A stretch of 64,000 bases of DNA from Acidimicrobiales bacterium (GCA_050010115.1 JBEKLQ010000001.1:5091-69090), one strand, 5' to 3'; numbered from the stretch's first letter, positions 1 through 9,209 are shown. The notes: generated by a model from the letters alone, not told the origin. Program-made: numbers and translations.

Positions 1-349
1 CGGGTCGCTGACGATCGTGGACCGCCACAAGGATCTGGTGATCGTGTCGGGTTTCAATGTGTTCCCGGCCGAAGTGGAGCACGTATTGGAGGAGTACCCG
101 GCCGTCGCAGAGGTCGTCGTGATCGGCGTGCCCGATCCGGCGCTCGGCGAGTCGGTCCGCGCCTACGTGGTTCCGACGACGGAGGCCTGGCCCGAGGACG
201 CCGTGGCGCCGGAGGGGGTCACAGAAGCCGAGCTGATCGACTACTGCGCCCGGTATCTGGCCAGCTACAAGTGCCCGGTCAACGTGGTGTTCATGCGCGA
301 GCTCCCTCGGGGGCTGCACGGAAAGGCGCTACGCCGCGCTCTCGCGTGA
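1..349 (+). CDS. AMP-dependent acyl-CoA synthetase/ligase, C-terminal fragment (5' end outside window)
   Basis: The frame of ORF 17..349 stays open to the window edge. 'DLVIVSGFNVFPAEVEHVLEEYPAVAEVVVIGVPDP...YKCPVNVVFMRELPRGLHGKALRR' matches the C-terminal subdomain of adenylate-forming ligases. Confidence 0.8.
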   Translation, partial: GSLTIVDRHKDLVIVSGFNVFPAEVEHVLEEYPAVAEVVVIGVPDPALGESVRAYVVPTTEAWPEDAVAPEGVTEAELIDYCARYLASYKCPVNVVFMRELPRGLHGKALRRALA

Positions 350-376
350 CGGGAGCCGGGTCGGCTCTCCGCTTTT

Positions 377-1093
377 GTGACGTTCGCACCGCCGTCGTTA
401 CCATCCCTCCCCATGCCCGAGCGCTTCGCACGGCGGATACCCGCGCCGACAGTTGTCCGCCTCCCTCTCTACCAGCGCGTGCTGAACGAGCTCGCTCGGG
501 AGGCGGTGGCCACGGTGTCCTCGGCCGAGCTGGCCGAAGCCTGCGGCGTGAACGCCGCCAAGGTTCGCAAGGACCTGTCCCACTTCGGCAGCTACGGCAC
601 CCGTGGGACCGGGTACGACGTCGACTACCTGCTCGGCCAGATCCAGCGGGAGCTCGGCATCGACCGGGAGCGGGCGGTGGTGATCGCTGGGATGGGTCAT
701 CTGGGCCATGCTTTGGCGCGCTCGGCGGGTTTCGTGCAGAGCGGCTTCCGGATCGTCGGCCTGTTCGACGTCCAGCCGGACACGATCGGCGAGGTGGTGG
801 CCGGTTTGCGGGTGCGTCACGTGTCCGAGCTCCCGTCGGTCTGCCGTAGCGAGGACGCCGCCATCGGCGTGATCACGACTCCGGGAGGGGCGGCTCAGGA
901 CGTGTGTGATCGCATGGCTGAGGGCGGCGTGAGCGCCATCTTGAACTTCGCCCCCGTCGTCCTCACTGCCCCGGCGTCGGTGCAGGTACGCGATGTCGAC
1001 TTCTCCGCAGAGCTGCAGGTCCTGGCGTTCTACCAAGCGCACCCGGATGCAGCCACGGGCCGGCCGGAGGCGCCTGCGAGAGCTGGGCGGTGA
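377..1093 (+). CDS. rex: Redox-sensing transcriptional repressor Rex
   Basis: N-terminal winged helix 'VVRLPLYQRVL...AKVRKDLSHFGSYGTRGTGYDVDYL' followed by the Rossmann motif 'VVIAGMGHLGHALA'. It sits directly upstream of hemA, as in Streptomyces rex-hem operons. The start is GTG 377 or ATG 413. Confidence 0.9.
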   Translation: MTFAPPSLPSLPMPERFARRIPAPTVVRLPLYQRVLNELAREAVATVSSAELAEACGVNAAKVRKDLSHFGSYGTRGTGYDVDYLLGQIQRELGIDRERAVVIAGMGHLGHALARSAGFVQSGFRIVGLFDVQPDTIGEVVAGLRVRHVSELPSVCRSEDAAIGVITTPGGAAQDVCDRMAEGGVSAILNFAPVVLTAPASVQVRDVDFSAELQVLAFYQAHPDAATGRPEAPARAGR

Positions 1094-1202
1094 GCACGCG
1101 GGTACGCTCTGGGCTGGTTCGTGGTGCATGTCGCCTCGTGAGAGCGTCCCATGGGCGCCTGACACCGATCACCAGGTGTCCTGGATGGAGAGGTAGCCGC
1201 GT

Positions 1203-2570
1203 GTGGCGGTCGTAGTTGTCGGTATGCACGAACGGGATGCGCCGCTCGAGGTCTTCGAGCGCGTGGCCGTCGGCGAGCACGAGTTGGACAAGGCGCTTGC
1301 CGAGCTCGTCGCGAGCCCGAACCTGTCCGAGGTCGTGATCCTGTCGACGTGCCTCCGCACCGAGGTCTATGCTGCCGTGGACCGGTTCCACGATGGTGTG
1401 GCCGACATCGAGGCGTTCTTCTGGACGCGCCTCGGCAGCCAAGGTCGGCTCGACGCAGGCGAGCGATTCGGCCGGGTGGAGCGACCCGACCGGGGCGAGC
1501 GGCGCCCGGAGCCCGGCGGCGGTGTGATGGAGCTCGGCGGCGGGTTGTCGTGCCGTTACGACGATGCCGCGGTCGCCTACCTGTTCGAGGTCGCCTCAGG
1601 TATCGACTCGCCGGTACTGGGCGAGGGCGAGATCCTCCGCCAAGTGCGCGATGCAGCCGAATCAGCCCGTCTGGAAAGCGCAGCAGGCCCCATCCTCGTC
1701 CCGCTGTTCCGGCACGCGGTCGAGGCCGGCAAACGCGCTCGTACCGACACCGCCATCCAACGCGGCACTACCTCGCTGGCTCACGCGGCTGTGGAGCTGG
1801 CAGCCGAGCGGGCGCACGGTTTCGACCGGCGGCGGATCCTGGTGGTCGGCGCAGGTGAGATGGGCGCTGGGATCGCCCGCGCCCTCGCCGGCCGCGGTGA
1901 CCTCACCGGCGAGCTCACCGTGGCCAATCGGGGCGTGGACCGGGCGGCCGAGGTCGCCGACATGCTGGCGGCGCGTGCTGTGGGCCTGGCGGACGTGCCG
2001 GCAGAGTTGGCGCTGGCGGACGTGGTGCTGACTTCCACGGCCGCCGATGAGGTGCTCCTCGGTGTCGAGATGTTCGAGTCGGCGCTGGCGGCTCGGGCCG
2101 CCCGCGCCACTGCGGCACCCTCCCGACCGATGGTCGTGGTCGATCTCGCTGTGCCGAGGGACGTGGACCCCGCCGTCGGATCTCTGGACGGTGTCGTGCG
2201 GCTCGACGTCGAAGACGTGCGCCGCTTCGCCGAGGAGCAGATGGCGGGGCGCCAGGGTGAGATCCCGGCAGTTCGCGCCCTCGTGGCCGAGGAGCTGGAG
2301 CGCTACCGCTCGACAGCGTCGGGCCGCCTGGCAGCGCCGGTTGTCGCAGCGCTGCGAGAACGCGCAGAGCTGCAGCGTGCGGGTGAGTTGGAACGGTACC
2401 GAGTCCGCCTCGACGCGCTGTCAGCGGCTGACCGCGAGCTGGTCGAGCTGCTCACACGCCGCATCGTGGCCAAGTTGTTGCATGACCCGACGGTTCGCGT
2501 GAAGGAAGCTGCAGGTTCGGCCCGTGGTGAGCGCCTGGCGGAGGCGTTGCGGGCGTTGTTCGACCTGTAG
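1203..2570 (+). CDS. hemA: Glutamyl-tRNA reductase
   Basis: Motifs 'VVVGMHERDAPLEVFERV', 'LSTCLRTEVYA', 'VASGIDSPVLGEGEILRQVR' and NADPH motif 'VVGAGEMG', in heme operon context. Confidence 0.92.
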   Translation: MAVVVVGMHERDAPLEVFERVAVGEHELDKALAELVASPNLSEVVILSTCLRTEVYAAVDRFHDGVADIEAFFWTRLGSQGRLDAGERFGRVERPDRGERRPEPGGGVMELGGGLSCRYDDAAVAYLFEVASGIDSPVLGEGEILRQVRDAAESARLESAAGPILVPLFRHAVEAGKRARTDTAIQRGTTSLAHAAVELAAERAHGFDRRRILVVGAGEMGAGIARALAGRGDLTGELTVANRGVDRAAEVADMLAARAVGLADVPAELALADVVLTSTAADEVLLGVEMFESALAARAARATAAPSRPMVVVDLAVPRDVDPAVGSLDGVVRLDVEDVRRFAEEQMAGRQGEIPAVRALVAEELERYRSTASGRLAAPVVAALRERAELQRAGELERYRVRLDALSAADRELVELLTRRIVAKLLHDPTVRVKEAAGSARGERLAEALRALFDL

Positions 2571-2581
2571 GCGGATCCAGC

Positions 2582-3592
2582 GTGCCTGACCGACCGATCC
2601 GCCTCGCGACGCGAGGTAGCCAGCTGGCTCTGACACAAGTCGACCTCGTTGCCACAGCGCTGGCGGCGGGCGGTGGGATGGGCGCTGGCGCTGCCGGTGG
2701 TGGCGCTGGCGCTGCCGGTGGCGGCGCTGGCGGTGCTGCCGGTGGCGGTGTCGAGCGGGTCATCGTGCAAACGGGCGGTGATGCCCGCCGGGACGTGCCG
2801 ATCCACGCGATCGGCGGCCGCGGCGTGTTCGTCGCCGAGGTCGATCAGGCTGTCGCCGAGGGCCGGGCGGACGCTTCGGTGCACTCTGCCAAGGACCTTC
2901 CGTCGGGCGCCGGCGACGGGTCCGCCTACGGAGCGGATCGACTCGTGGTCGCCGCCTACCTCCCGAGGGCGGACCCCCGGGACGCGTTGGTCGGCGCTCG
3001 CCTCGACGATCTCGCTGCCGGTGCTCGCGTGGCGAGCGGGTCCGTGCGCCGCCGGGCGCAGCTGGCGTGGTTGAGGCCGGATCTCCGTTTTGAGGAGTTG
3101 CGGGGCAACATCGGTACCCGCCTCCGCAAGATCCCACCGGGTGGCGCCATAGTGGTCGCCATGGCGGCGCTCGCCCGCCTCGGCCTGGAGGATCGGGCAA
3201 CTCACGTCTTCTCGGCCACCGAGATGCTCCCTCAGGTCGGTCAGGGTGCCATCGCCGTCTGCTGCCGTGCGGACGACACCGCTCTACTGTCTCGTCTCGC
3301 AGCGATGGACGATGCCGCCACCAGGGCTGAGGTCGAGTGTGAGCGGGCGTGGTTGGCTTGCGTCGGCGGGGGCTGCGACTCGCCGGTCGGCGCGTTCGCA
3401 CGAGCCGGCTCCGGTGGCGAGCTCCACCTCGAGGCGATGATCGCGTCGCTCGACGGCCACGTGCTGGTCCGCCGGGCCCAGACGGGATCAGAGCCCGAGG
3501 CGCTCGGCCGGGCGCTCGCGGCCGAGATGCTCGACCGGTGTGGCGGGCGGGCGCTTCTCGAGCCGCACCACCTCAAGGGAGCCGCATCGTGA
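2582..3592 (+). CDS. hemC: Hydroxymethylbilane synthase (porphobilinogen deaminase) with a Gly/Ala-rich insertion
   Basis: 'IRLATRGSQLALTQ', 'VHSAKDLP' and 'LRGNIGTRLRK' signatures. Carries a ~25-aa insertion, 'AAGGGMGAGAAGGGAGAAGGGAGGAAGGG'. Confidence 0.9.
   Translation: MPDRPIRLATRGSQLALTQVDLVATALAAGGGMGAGAAGGGAGAAGGGAGGAAGGGVERVIVQTGGDARRDVPIHAIGGRGVFVAEVDQAVAEGRADASVHSAKDLPSGAGDGSAYGADRLVVAAYLPRADPRDALVGARLDDLAAGARVASGSVRRRAQLAWLRPDLRFEELRGNIGTRLRKIPPGGAIVVAMAALARLGLEDRATHVFSATEMLPQVGQGAIAVCCRADDTALLSRLAAMDDAATRAEVECERAWLACVGGGCDSPVGAFARAGSGGELHLEAMIASLDGHVLVRRAQTGSEPEALGRALAAEMLDRCGGRALLEPHHLKGAAS
2681..2746. repeat. In-frame tandem repeat, 21/21/24 bp (GGCGCTGGCGCTGCCGGTGGT), inside hemC
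   Basis: Three adjacent near-identical units read directly at 2681-2701, 2702-2722 and 2723-2746. They encode the Gly/Ala insertion. Confidence 0.85.
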
Positions 3593-5112
3593 CCGTCTAC
3601 CTGGTGGGCGCAGGACCCGGAGATGCCGGCTTGCTGACGCTGCGGGGGGCGGAGTTGCTCAGGCGGGCGGACGCCGTGGTCTACGACCGCCTCGTCCATC
3701 CAAGCCTGCTTCACCTTGTGCCGCCTGGTGCCGAGCTGCATGATGCCGGCAAGCGACCCGGAGGGCGGGTGAGCCAGGACGCCATCAACGATCTCCTCGT
3801 CGACCTGGGCCGGCGCTGCTCGGTGGTGGTGCGCCTCAAGGGTGGGGACCCCCTGATCTTCGGCCGCGGGGGAGAGGAGACGCTCGCCCTGCAAGCCGCC
3901 AACCTTCCCTTCGAGATTGTTCCCGGCGTCTCGGCGATGAACGGGGTCTTGGCGTACGCCGGCATCCCGCTCACGCATCGAGGCCTCTCGACGGGTTTCA
4001 CGGTCGTGACCGGTCATGGCGCAGACGGCACTGCCTCCGGTGGTCCGGTACCGGTCGACTGGGACGCGCTGGCCCGAGTCGGCGGCACGATCGTCATCCT
4101 GATGGGGGTCGAGCACCGGGCGGAGATCTCGCGGCGCCTGATCGCCGGCGGCAAGCCATCGTCCATGCCCGTCGCCGTCATCGAGCATGGCACGCTCCCA
4201 AACCAGCGCACACTGCGGACGACGCTCGGTGCACTCGGTGCGACCGATGCGCAGGCGCCGGCGACCGTGGTCGTCGGCGAGGTCGCCGCGCTCGACCTCG
4301 CCTGGTTCACGTCACGCCCGCTGTTCGGTTGGACGGTGGCGATCACCCGCACGCGTGACCAGGCGTCGCAGCTCGCGGTGGCGCTGGCGGAGCGGGGAGC
4401 CGTGCCCGTGGAGGTACCCACTATCGCGGTCGTCGATCCCGCCGATGGTGGAGTGGCGCTGCGCTCGGCCGCCGGCCGGCTGGGCTCGTACTCCTGGGTG
4501 GTGTTCACGTCGATCAACGCAGTGGGTCGCCTGCTGGCCGAGGTTCACGATGCCCGGGCGTTCGGGGACGCCAAAGTGGCGGCCATCGGGGACGGGACGG
4601 CCCGGGCGCTGGCCGAGCGAGGGATCGTCGCTGACCTCGTGCCCGGCCAGTTCGTAGCCGAGGCGCTCGCCGATGCGTTCCCTGCCCCCGTGCCGGTATC
4701 GCCCGGCGGTCAGCGGGAGCGGGTCCTCCTGCCACGCGCGGCGGTCGCCCGCGACGTGCTGCCGCGGGCGCTTGCAGCCAAGGGCTACGAGATCGACATC
4801 GTGGAGGCGTACCGGACCGTCCGGCCCACAGCGACTCCAGCGATGATCGAGTCGGTGAGCTCGGCCGACGCCGTGATGTTCTCGTCGTCGTCCACGGTCA
4901 CGGGCTGGATCGAGCTGCTCGGGACCGAGCGGCTGCCTCCCGTCGTCGCGTGCATCGGCCCGATCACGGCGGCCACGGCTCGGGAGGCCGGCATCGAGGT
5001 CACGGTGGAGGCGAGCGAGCACTCCATCGGAGGGCTCGTGGACGCCCTTGTCACCTATGCGGCCACCGTCGGCCGGCCATCTGAGGCCACGCCGACTGAC
5101 CGATCTCACTGA
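3589..5112 (+). CDS. hemD: Bifunctional uroporphyrinogen-III C-methyltransferase / uroporphyrinogen-III synthase
   Basis: The N-terminal half, 'VYLVGAGPGDAGLLTLRGAELLRRADAVVYDRL...LKGGDPLIFGRGGEE', is a SUMT/CobA domain. The C-terminal half (from 'LFGWTVAITRTRDQ...') is HemD-like. GTG 3589 overlaps the hemC stop (GTGA). The upstream part of ORF 3349 overlaps hemC out of frame. Confidence 0.88.
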   Translation: MTVYLVGAGPGDAGLLTLRGAELLRRADAVVYDRLVHPSLLHLVPPGAELHDAGKRPGGRVSQDAINDLLVDLGRRCSVVVRLKGGDPLIFGRGGEETLALQAANLPFEIVPGVSAMNGVLAYAGIPLTHRGLSTGFTVVTGHGADGTASGGPVPVDWDALARVGGTIVILMGVEHRAEISRRLIAGGKPSSMPVAVIEHGTLPNQRTLRTTLGALGATDAQAPATVVVGEVAALDLAWFTSRPLFGWTVAITRTRDQASQLAVALAERGAVPVEVPTIAVVDPADGGVALRSAAGRLGSYSWVVFTSINAVGRLLAEVHDARAFGDAKVAAIGDGTARALAERGIVADLVPGQFVAEALADAFPAPVPVSPGGQRERVLLPRAAVARDVLPRALAAKGYEIDIVEAYRTVRPTATPAMIESVSSADAVMFSSSSTVTGWIELLGTERLPPVVACIGPITAATAREAGIEVTVEASEHSIGGLVDALVTYAATVGRPSEATPTDRSH

Positions 5113-5173
5113 ACGCATCGGCCGAGCCGCTGGTCGCGGCGCCAGCAGCCATCGGTCGACCTAGTCTCGGCGC

Positions 5174-6187
5174 ATGCCATCTCCCAACGACGCGTTCTCG
5201 GGCAGCGGCTTTCCCACCCGGCGGATGCGGCGGCTACGCCGCAGCGGAGCGCTCCGCCGTCTCACCGCAGAAACCCACGTCTCCCCCGACGACCTCGTCG
5301 CCCCCCTCTTCGTCCGCCAAGGCATCGACGAACCGCAGCCGATCGCCTCGTTGCCCGGTGTCGTGCAGCACACGGTGGAGTCCGTCGTCATCGAGGCCAA
5401 GCGCCTCGCCTCGCTCCAGATCCCGGCGCTCATCTTGTTCGGCGTCCCGCTCGTCCGCGACGCCGTAGGGTCAGCCGCCTCCGATCCCGATGGCGTCGTC
5501 CAGCGGGCGCTGTCGAGTATCCGCGACGCCGTCGGCGACGAGCTTGTCGTGATGGCGGACCTGTGCCTCGACGAGTACACCGACCACGGTCACTGCGGGA
5601 TCGTCCGTGACGATGGCACCGTCGACAACGACGCCACGTTGGAGCGATACGGGGAGGTGGCGGTCGCGCAGGCGCGAGCCGGCGCTGGGGTCGTGGCGCC
5701 GAGCGGGATGATGGACGGCCAGGTGGCGGCGATCCGCCGGTCGCTCGATTCCACCGGCTTCGAGGAGACAGCCATCCTCGCCTACTCGGCGAAGTACGCG
5801 TCGGCGTTGTACGGGCCGTTTCGTGACGCGGTGGACGTGACGATCGTCGGCGGCGGTGACCGGCGCGCGTACCAGCAGGACTCCCGCAACGCTCGGGAGG
5901 CTCTCGCCGAAGTGCGTCTCGACATCGCCGAAGGCGCCGACATGGTGATGGTGAAGCCAGCGCTGGCGTACCTCGACATCATCTCGTCGGTGCGAGCTGC
6001 CGTCGACGTCCCGGTCGGGGCGTATCACGTGAGCGGTGAGTACGCCATGGTGAAGGCGGCCGCGGAGCGCGGTTGGATCGACGGCGACGCCGTGGCGCTC
6101 GAGCACCTCGGGGCGATCAAACGGGCGGGCGCGTCCTTCATCCTGACGTACTTCGCCGCCGCCGCTGCCGAGGCGCTCGGTGCCTGA
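5174..6187 (+). CDS. hemB: Porphobilinogen synthase (delta-aminolevulinate dehydratase)
   Basis: 'RRMRRLRRSGALRRL', 'SGMMDGQVAAIR', 'VMVKPALAYLDII' and 'YHVSGEYAM' motifs. Confidence 0.93.
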   Translation: MPSPNDAFSGSGFPTRRMRRLRRSGALRRLTAETHVSPDDLVAPLFVRQGIDEPQPIASLPGVVQHTVESVVIEAKRLASLQIPALILFGVPLVRDAVGSAASDPDGVVQRALSSIRDAVGDELVVMADLCLDEYTDHGHCGIVRDDGTVDNDATLERYGEVAVAQARAGAGVVAPSGMMDGQVAAIRRSLDSTGFEETAILAYSAKYASALYGPFRDAVDVTIVGGGDRRAYQQDSRNAREALAEVRLDIAEGADMVMVKPALAYLDIISSVRAAVDVPVGAYHVSGEYAMVKAAAERGWIDGDAVALEHLGAIKRAGASFILTYFAAAAAEALGA

Positions 6188-7481
6188 GGAGGGCGGTCCT
6201 GCCGGCCCCGGGCGCACCAGCGCGGAGCTGTTCGAGCGTGCCAGCCGGGTGATCCCCGGTGGCGTGAACTCGCCGGTCCGGGCGTTCGGGTCGGTCGGAG
6301 GGACGCCCTACTTCGTGGACCACGCAAAGGGAGCGTTCGTCACCGATGCTGACGGCAACACCTACCTGGACTACGTGCAGTCGTGGGGGGCATCTCTGCT
6401 CGGTCACGCCGATCCCGGCGTGACCGAGGCGATCGCCCATGCTGCCGAGCGCGGGACGTCCTACGGTGCCCCGACCGAGGGCGAGGTCCGGCTGGCAGAG
6501 GCGCTCACGGCAGCCGTCGACGGTATGGACCTGGTGCGCCTCGTGTCGTCTGGGACCGAGGCGACGATGACGGCGGTCCGCCTTGCCCGGGGAGCGACCG
6601 GCCGCGACACGATCCTCAAGTTCGCCGGCTGCTACCACGGTCATTCCGACGGGTTGCTCGCAGCTGGAGGCAGTGGCGTGGCGACTCTCGGCCTTGCCGG
6701 ATCGGCCGGCGTGCCGGCTGGCGCGATCGCCGGCACGATCGTCGCTCCGTACAACGTCGTACCCGAGCTCGACGAGTCGGTGGCCTGCGTCATCGTCGAA
6801 CCCGTGGCAGCGAACATGGGCCTCGTGGAGCCCGCCCACGGCTTCCTGGAAAGCTTGCGGGCGGCCTGTGACGATGTCGGGTCGCTGCTGATCTTCGACG
6901 AGGTGATCACGGGCTTCCGCCTCCGCAATGGCAGCATCGCCGACATCGTCGGAGTGCGCCCGGACCTGTGGACCTTCGGCAAGGTGATCGGCGGGGGCTT
7001 GCCGCTCGCTGCCCTTGGTGGTCGTCGCGAGCTCATGGAGCAACTCGCCCCTCTCGGACCCGTGTACCAAGCGGGCACGCTGTCCGGTAACCCGCTGGCG
7101 ACGGCAGCCGGGCTCGCCGTGCTGGAGCGTCTCTCACCGGAACGCTTCGACGACCTCGCCGACCGGGTCGGTCGCCTCGCGGCCGGGTTGTGCGGGGCGA
7201 TCTCGTCAGCCGGGTTGCCAGTTCAAGTGCCGGTGTACCGGACGCTGTTCGCCATCTTCTTCACCGACGACCCCGTGCGGGACTACGACGGAGCGGAAGC
7301 CGCTGCCACCGCCGGGCTGTACGCGCCGTTCTTCCACGCCATGCTCGCCCGCGGGGTGGCGCTGGCGCCGAGTGGGTACGAGGTGGGTTTCTGTTCGATG
7401 GCGCACAGCGATGCCGACATCGAGCGCACCGTGGAAGCCGCCGGCGAAGCGGCTCGTGAGGTGGTGGCGGGTCGTTCCTGA
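6180..7481 (+). CDS. hemL: Glutamate-1-semialdehyde 2,1-aminomutase
   Basis: 'GGVNSPVRAF', 'SGTEATMTAVRLARG', 'LIFDEVITGFR' and 'FGKVIGGGLPLAA' (PLP lysine region). Confidence 0.93.
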   Translation: MPEEGGPAGPGRTSAELFERASRVIPGGVNSPVRAFGSVGGTPYFVDHAKGAFVTDADGNTYLDYVQSWGASLLGHADPGVTEAIAHAAERGTSYGAPTEGEVRLAEALTAAVDGMDLVRLVSSGTEATMTAVRLARGATGRDTILKFAGCYHGHSDGLLAAGGSGVATLGLAGSAGVPAGAIAGTIVAPYNVVPELDESVACVIVEPVAANMGLVEPAHGFLESLRAACDDVGSLLIFDEVITGFRLRNGSIADIVGVRPDLWTFGKVIGGGLPLAALGGRRELMEQLAPLGPVYQAGTLSGNPLATAAGLAVLERLSPERFDDLADRVGRLAAGLCGAISSAGLPVQVPVYRTLFAIFFTDDPVRDYDGAEAAATAGLYAPFFHAMLARGVALAPSGYEVGFCSMAHSDADIERTVEAAGEAAREVVAGRS

Positions 7482-7490
7482 CGCCCGTTG

Positions 7491-7741
7491 CCGCGTCGGT
7501 GTCACGCTCAGTTTGCACAGTGCAGAGTTTCGGTGACAGCGGCCAGCCAAATCCCGGCAGGGCCCGCGTCGGTGTCACGCTCAGTTTGCACAGTGCAGAG
7601 TTGCGGTGACAGCGGCCGGCCAAATGCCGGCAGGGCCCGCGTCGGTGTCACGCTCAGTTCGCACAGTGCAGAGTTTCGGTGACAGCGGCCGGCCAAATGC
7701 CGGCAGGGCCCGCGTCGGTGTCACGCTCAGTTCGCACAGTG
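7491..7741. repeat. Tandem array, about 3.4 copies of a 73-bp unit with two hairpin-forming palindromes
   Basis: 'GTCACGCTCAG' recurs at 7501, 7574, 7647 and 7720, an exact 73-bp period, with 2-3 substitutions per copy. Each unit holds TGTCAC...TTGCACAGTGCA...GTGACA and GCCGGCcaaatGCCGGC. The array starts 10 nt after the hemL stop, between convergent genes. Confidence 0.9.
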
Positions 7742-7811
7742 AGCCGGATGCCGACCGCTGTGGCATGTGCACCCCCTTTGTCGAGAGACGTCGCCGCCGT
7801 TTACCGGCAAA

Positions 7812-9209
7812 TCAAGTGGGGCGAGGAGCCTGGCCGTCCCAGCTCGGTAGGGACACCACCATACGGGTGCCGCCGGCTGGCCCCGTGGGCGACACGGCCT
7901 GCACGGTCCCACCCATCGCCCGCACCAGCTCGGCCACGATCGCCAGTCCGAGTCCCGAACCTCGGGCCGCAGCACCGTCGGCCTGGTAGAAACGCTCGAA
8001 GACCCTCGACAGGTCCCCCGGCGCGATGCCGGCGCCGTCGTCCTCCACCAGAATCGTGGCTCCGGGCCGGTTGCTCCATGCCGGGATCGGCCCCGCCAGC
8101 ACGCTCACGGTCACGGCCGTCGAGGCGAACACGAGAGCGTTCTCAACGAGGTTGGCGATCACCTGGCCGAGCCGGTCGGGGTCGGCGGCAGCGACGACCG
8201 AAGGACCGTGCTCCGACACGGCGGCGCTCAACGTGACGCCACGTGAGGAAGCCCTCGGCAAGAAACCCTCCACCGTTCTCCCCACCACATCCCCCACGTC
8301 AGTCGGCCCGATGCGAAGCGACAGCTGGGACAGCTCGAGCCGGGCGAGATCGAGCAGATCCGCCACGAGCCGCTCCAGGCGCCGCGACTCCGACACGATG
8401 ACGCCGGCTGCCTTCGCCGTGTCCGGGGCGACTCCCTCTTCGATGGCCTCGGCGTACCCGCGGATCGAGGTGAGCGGGGTTCGCAGATCGTGCGAGACGG
8501 ACAGCAACATCTGCCGCTCGTGGTCACGGGTGCTCTCGAGACGCGCCGCCATCGTGTTGATCGACTCCGCCAGAGAGACGAGCTCGGGGATGTCGCCGCT
8601 GCTGGTGGTAACCCGCGCACTCAGCTCGCCGCCCGCGACCCGGCTGGTCACGACCGTCGCATCGACGAGCGGTCTCGTGATCCGCTGGCTGAGCCAGAGG
8701 GCGATACCGGCGGCGCCGAGGAGCGTGAGGCCGGCCACGAGGACGAAGTAGAGCCAACTCGGTCCGAGGCTCCCGACGGTACGCGTGAGCAGCACAGCGG
8801 TGTGGCTGCCGGTTGGCAGCACGGGAACGAGCAGCGAGCTGACCGACGTCGGTACGGCGGCGAAGGCCGTGCTCCCTTGCCAGCCGGAGATGGGCTGTCC
8901 AGCGGCGAGCTGGCTGCCGTTGAGCGCGTTCGGCGACAACCCGGCCGGGAGCGGTGTCGTGACGACTCCGCCGCCCGAGACGAAGATGATCTCGCCGCCT
9001 TCGAGCTTGAGTACCCGGTTCACGACCTCGACCACTCGCGCCGTCCGCACTTCGTTGGCGGCTTGGGCGAACACCGTCGCCTGCTGCAGGAGCTGTCGCG
9101 AGGCGTCGGTGCGAGCCGTTCGGCGCGTGACGATGAGCGTGCCGAAGCCGGCTACGACGAGCGCCCCGGCGACGAGGCCGACCAGCACGAGCACGAGGCG
9201 TTTCCTCAT
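7812..9209 (-). CDS. Two-component sensor histidine kinase (2 TM, HAMP, HisKA, HATPase_c)
   Basis: H-box 'LLSVSHDLRTPLTSIRGYAE', N-box 'QVIANLVENAL', and G-boxes 'VEDDGAGI' and 'GSGLGLAIV'. Has an N-terminal TM segment and lies downstream of the response regulator. Confidence 0.9.
   Translation of the reverse strand: MRKRLVLVLVGLVAGALVVAGFGTLIVTRRTARTDASRQLLQQATVFAQAANEVRTARVVEVVNRVLKLEGGEIIFVSGGGVVTTPLPAGLSPNALNGSQLAAGQPISGWQGSTAFAAVPTSVSSLLVPVLPTGSHTAVLLTRTVGSLGPSWLYFVLVAGLTLLGAAGIALWLSQRITRPLVDATVVTSRVAGGELSARVTTSSGDIPELVSLAESINTMAARLESTRDHERQMLLSVSHDLRTPLTSIRGYAEAIEEGVAPDTAKAAGVIVSESRRLERLVADLLDLARLELSQLSLRIGPTDVGDVVGRTVEGFLPRASSRGVTLSAAVSEHGPSVVAAADPDRLGQVIANLVENALVFASTAVTVSVLAGPIPAWSNRPGATILVEDDGAGIAPGDLSRVFERFYQADGAAARGSGLGLAIVAELVRAMGGTVQAVSPTGPAGGTRMVVSLPSWDGQAPRPT

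Noticed and set aside
374-389. 'TTGTGACGTTCGCAC' upstream of or at the rex start as a Rex operator (ROP) site.
   Set aside because: The half-sites resemble TGTGA/TCACA, but the spacing (3 nt) does not fit the TTGTGA-N6-TCACAA consensus, and one half-site is mismatched. I also found no convincing ROP upstream of nuoA or of the Cys-repeat gene. TTGTGA may simply act as a -35 element (18 nt upstream of TACCAT at 399-404).
271-849. A 192-aa ORF overlapping the end of the ligase gene and most of the rex N-terminus.
   Set aside because: It is out of frame with two genes that have clear conserved motifs, and its translation is Arg/Gly/Pro-rich with no motif.
1430-1560. An Arg/Gly/Glu-rich ~20-aa longer segment in HemA between the 'TEVYA' and 'AVAYLFEVASG' blocks, considered as another repeat insertion.
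   Set aside because: No tandem repeat is visible at the DNA level, and this inter-domain segment varies in length among HemA proteins. It is not distinctive enough to report.
3349-3588. Long N-terminal extensions given by the ORF track for cobA/hemD (3349), nuoB (19044), nuoC (19406), nuoE (20973), nuoF (21866), crotonase (44329), rplJ (51454), rpoC (56753), rpsL (62540) and rpsG (62913).
   Set aside because: The extensions overlap the preceding conserved gene in another frame. Conserved protein N-termini begin at internal ATG/GTG/TTG codons that have an RBS or a 4-nt stop/start overlap.
7491-7741. Regularly spaced repeats after hemL could be a CRISPR array.
   Set aside because: The entire 73-bp period is conserved, including the would-be spacer segments. 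There are only about 3.4 copies and no cas genes in the window. It is a tandem repeat, not repeat-spacer architecture.
7206-7989. Small ORFs on both strands across the 73-bp repeats (for example the repeated 'MAGRCHRNSALCKLSVTPTR' peptides).
   Set aside because: They exist only because the repeat lacks stop codons. Mutually overlapping frames on both strands, no RBS, and a 73-bp period that shifts the frame between copies all argue against coding.
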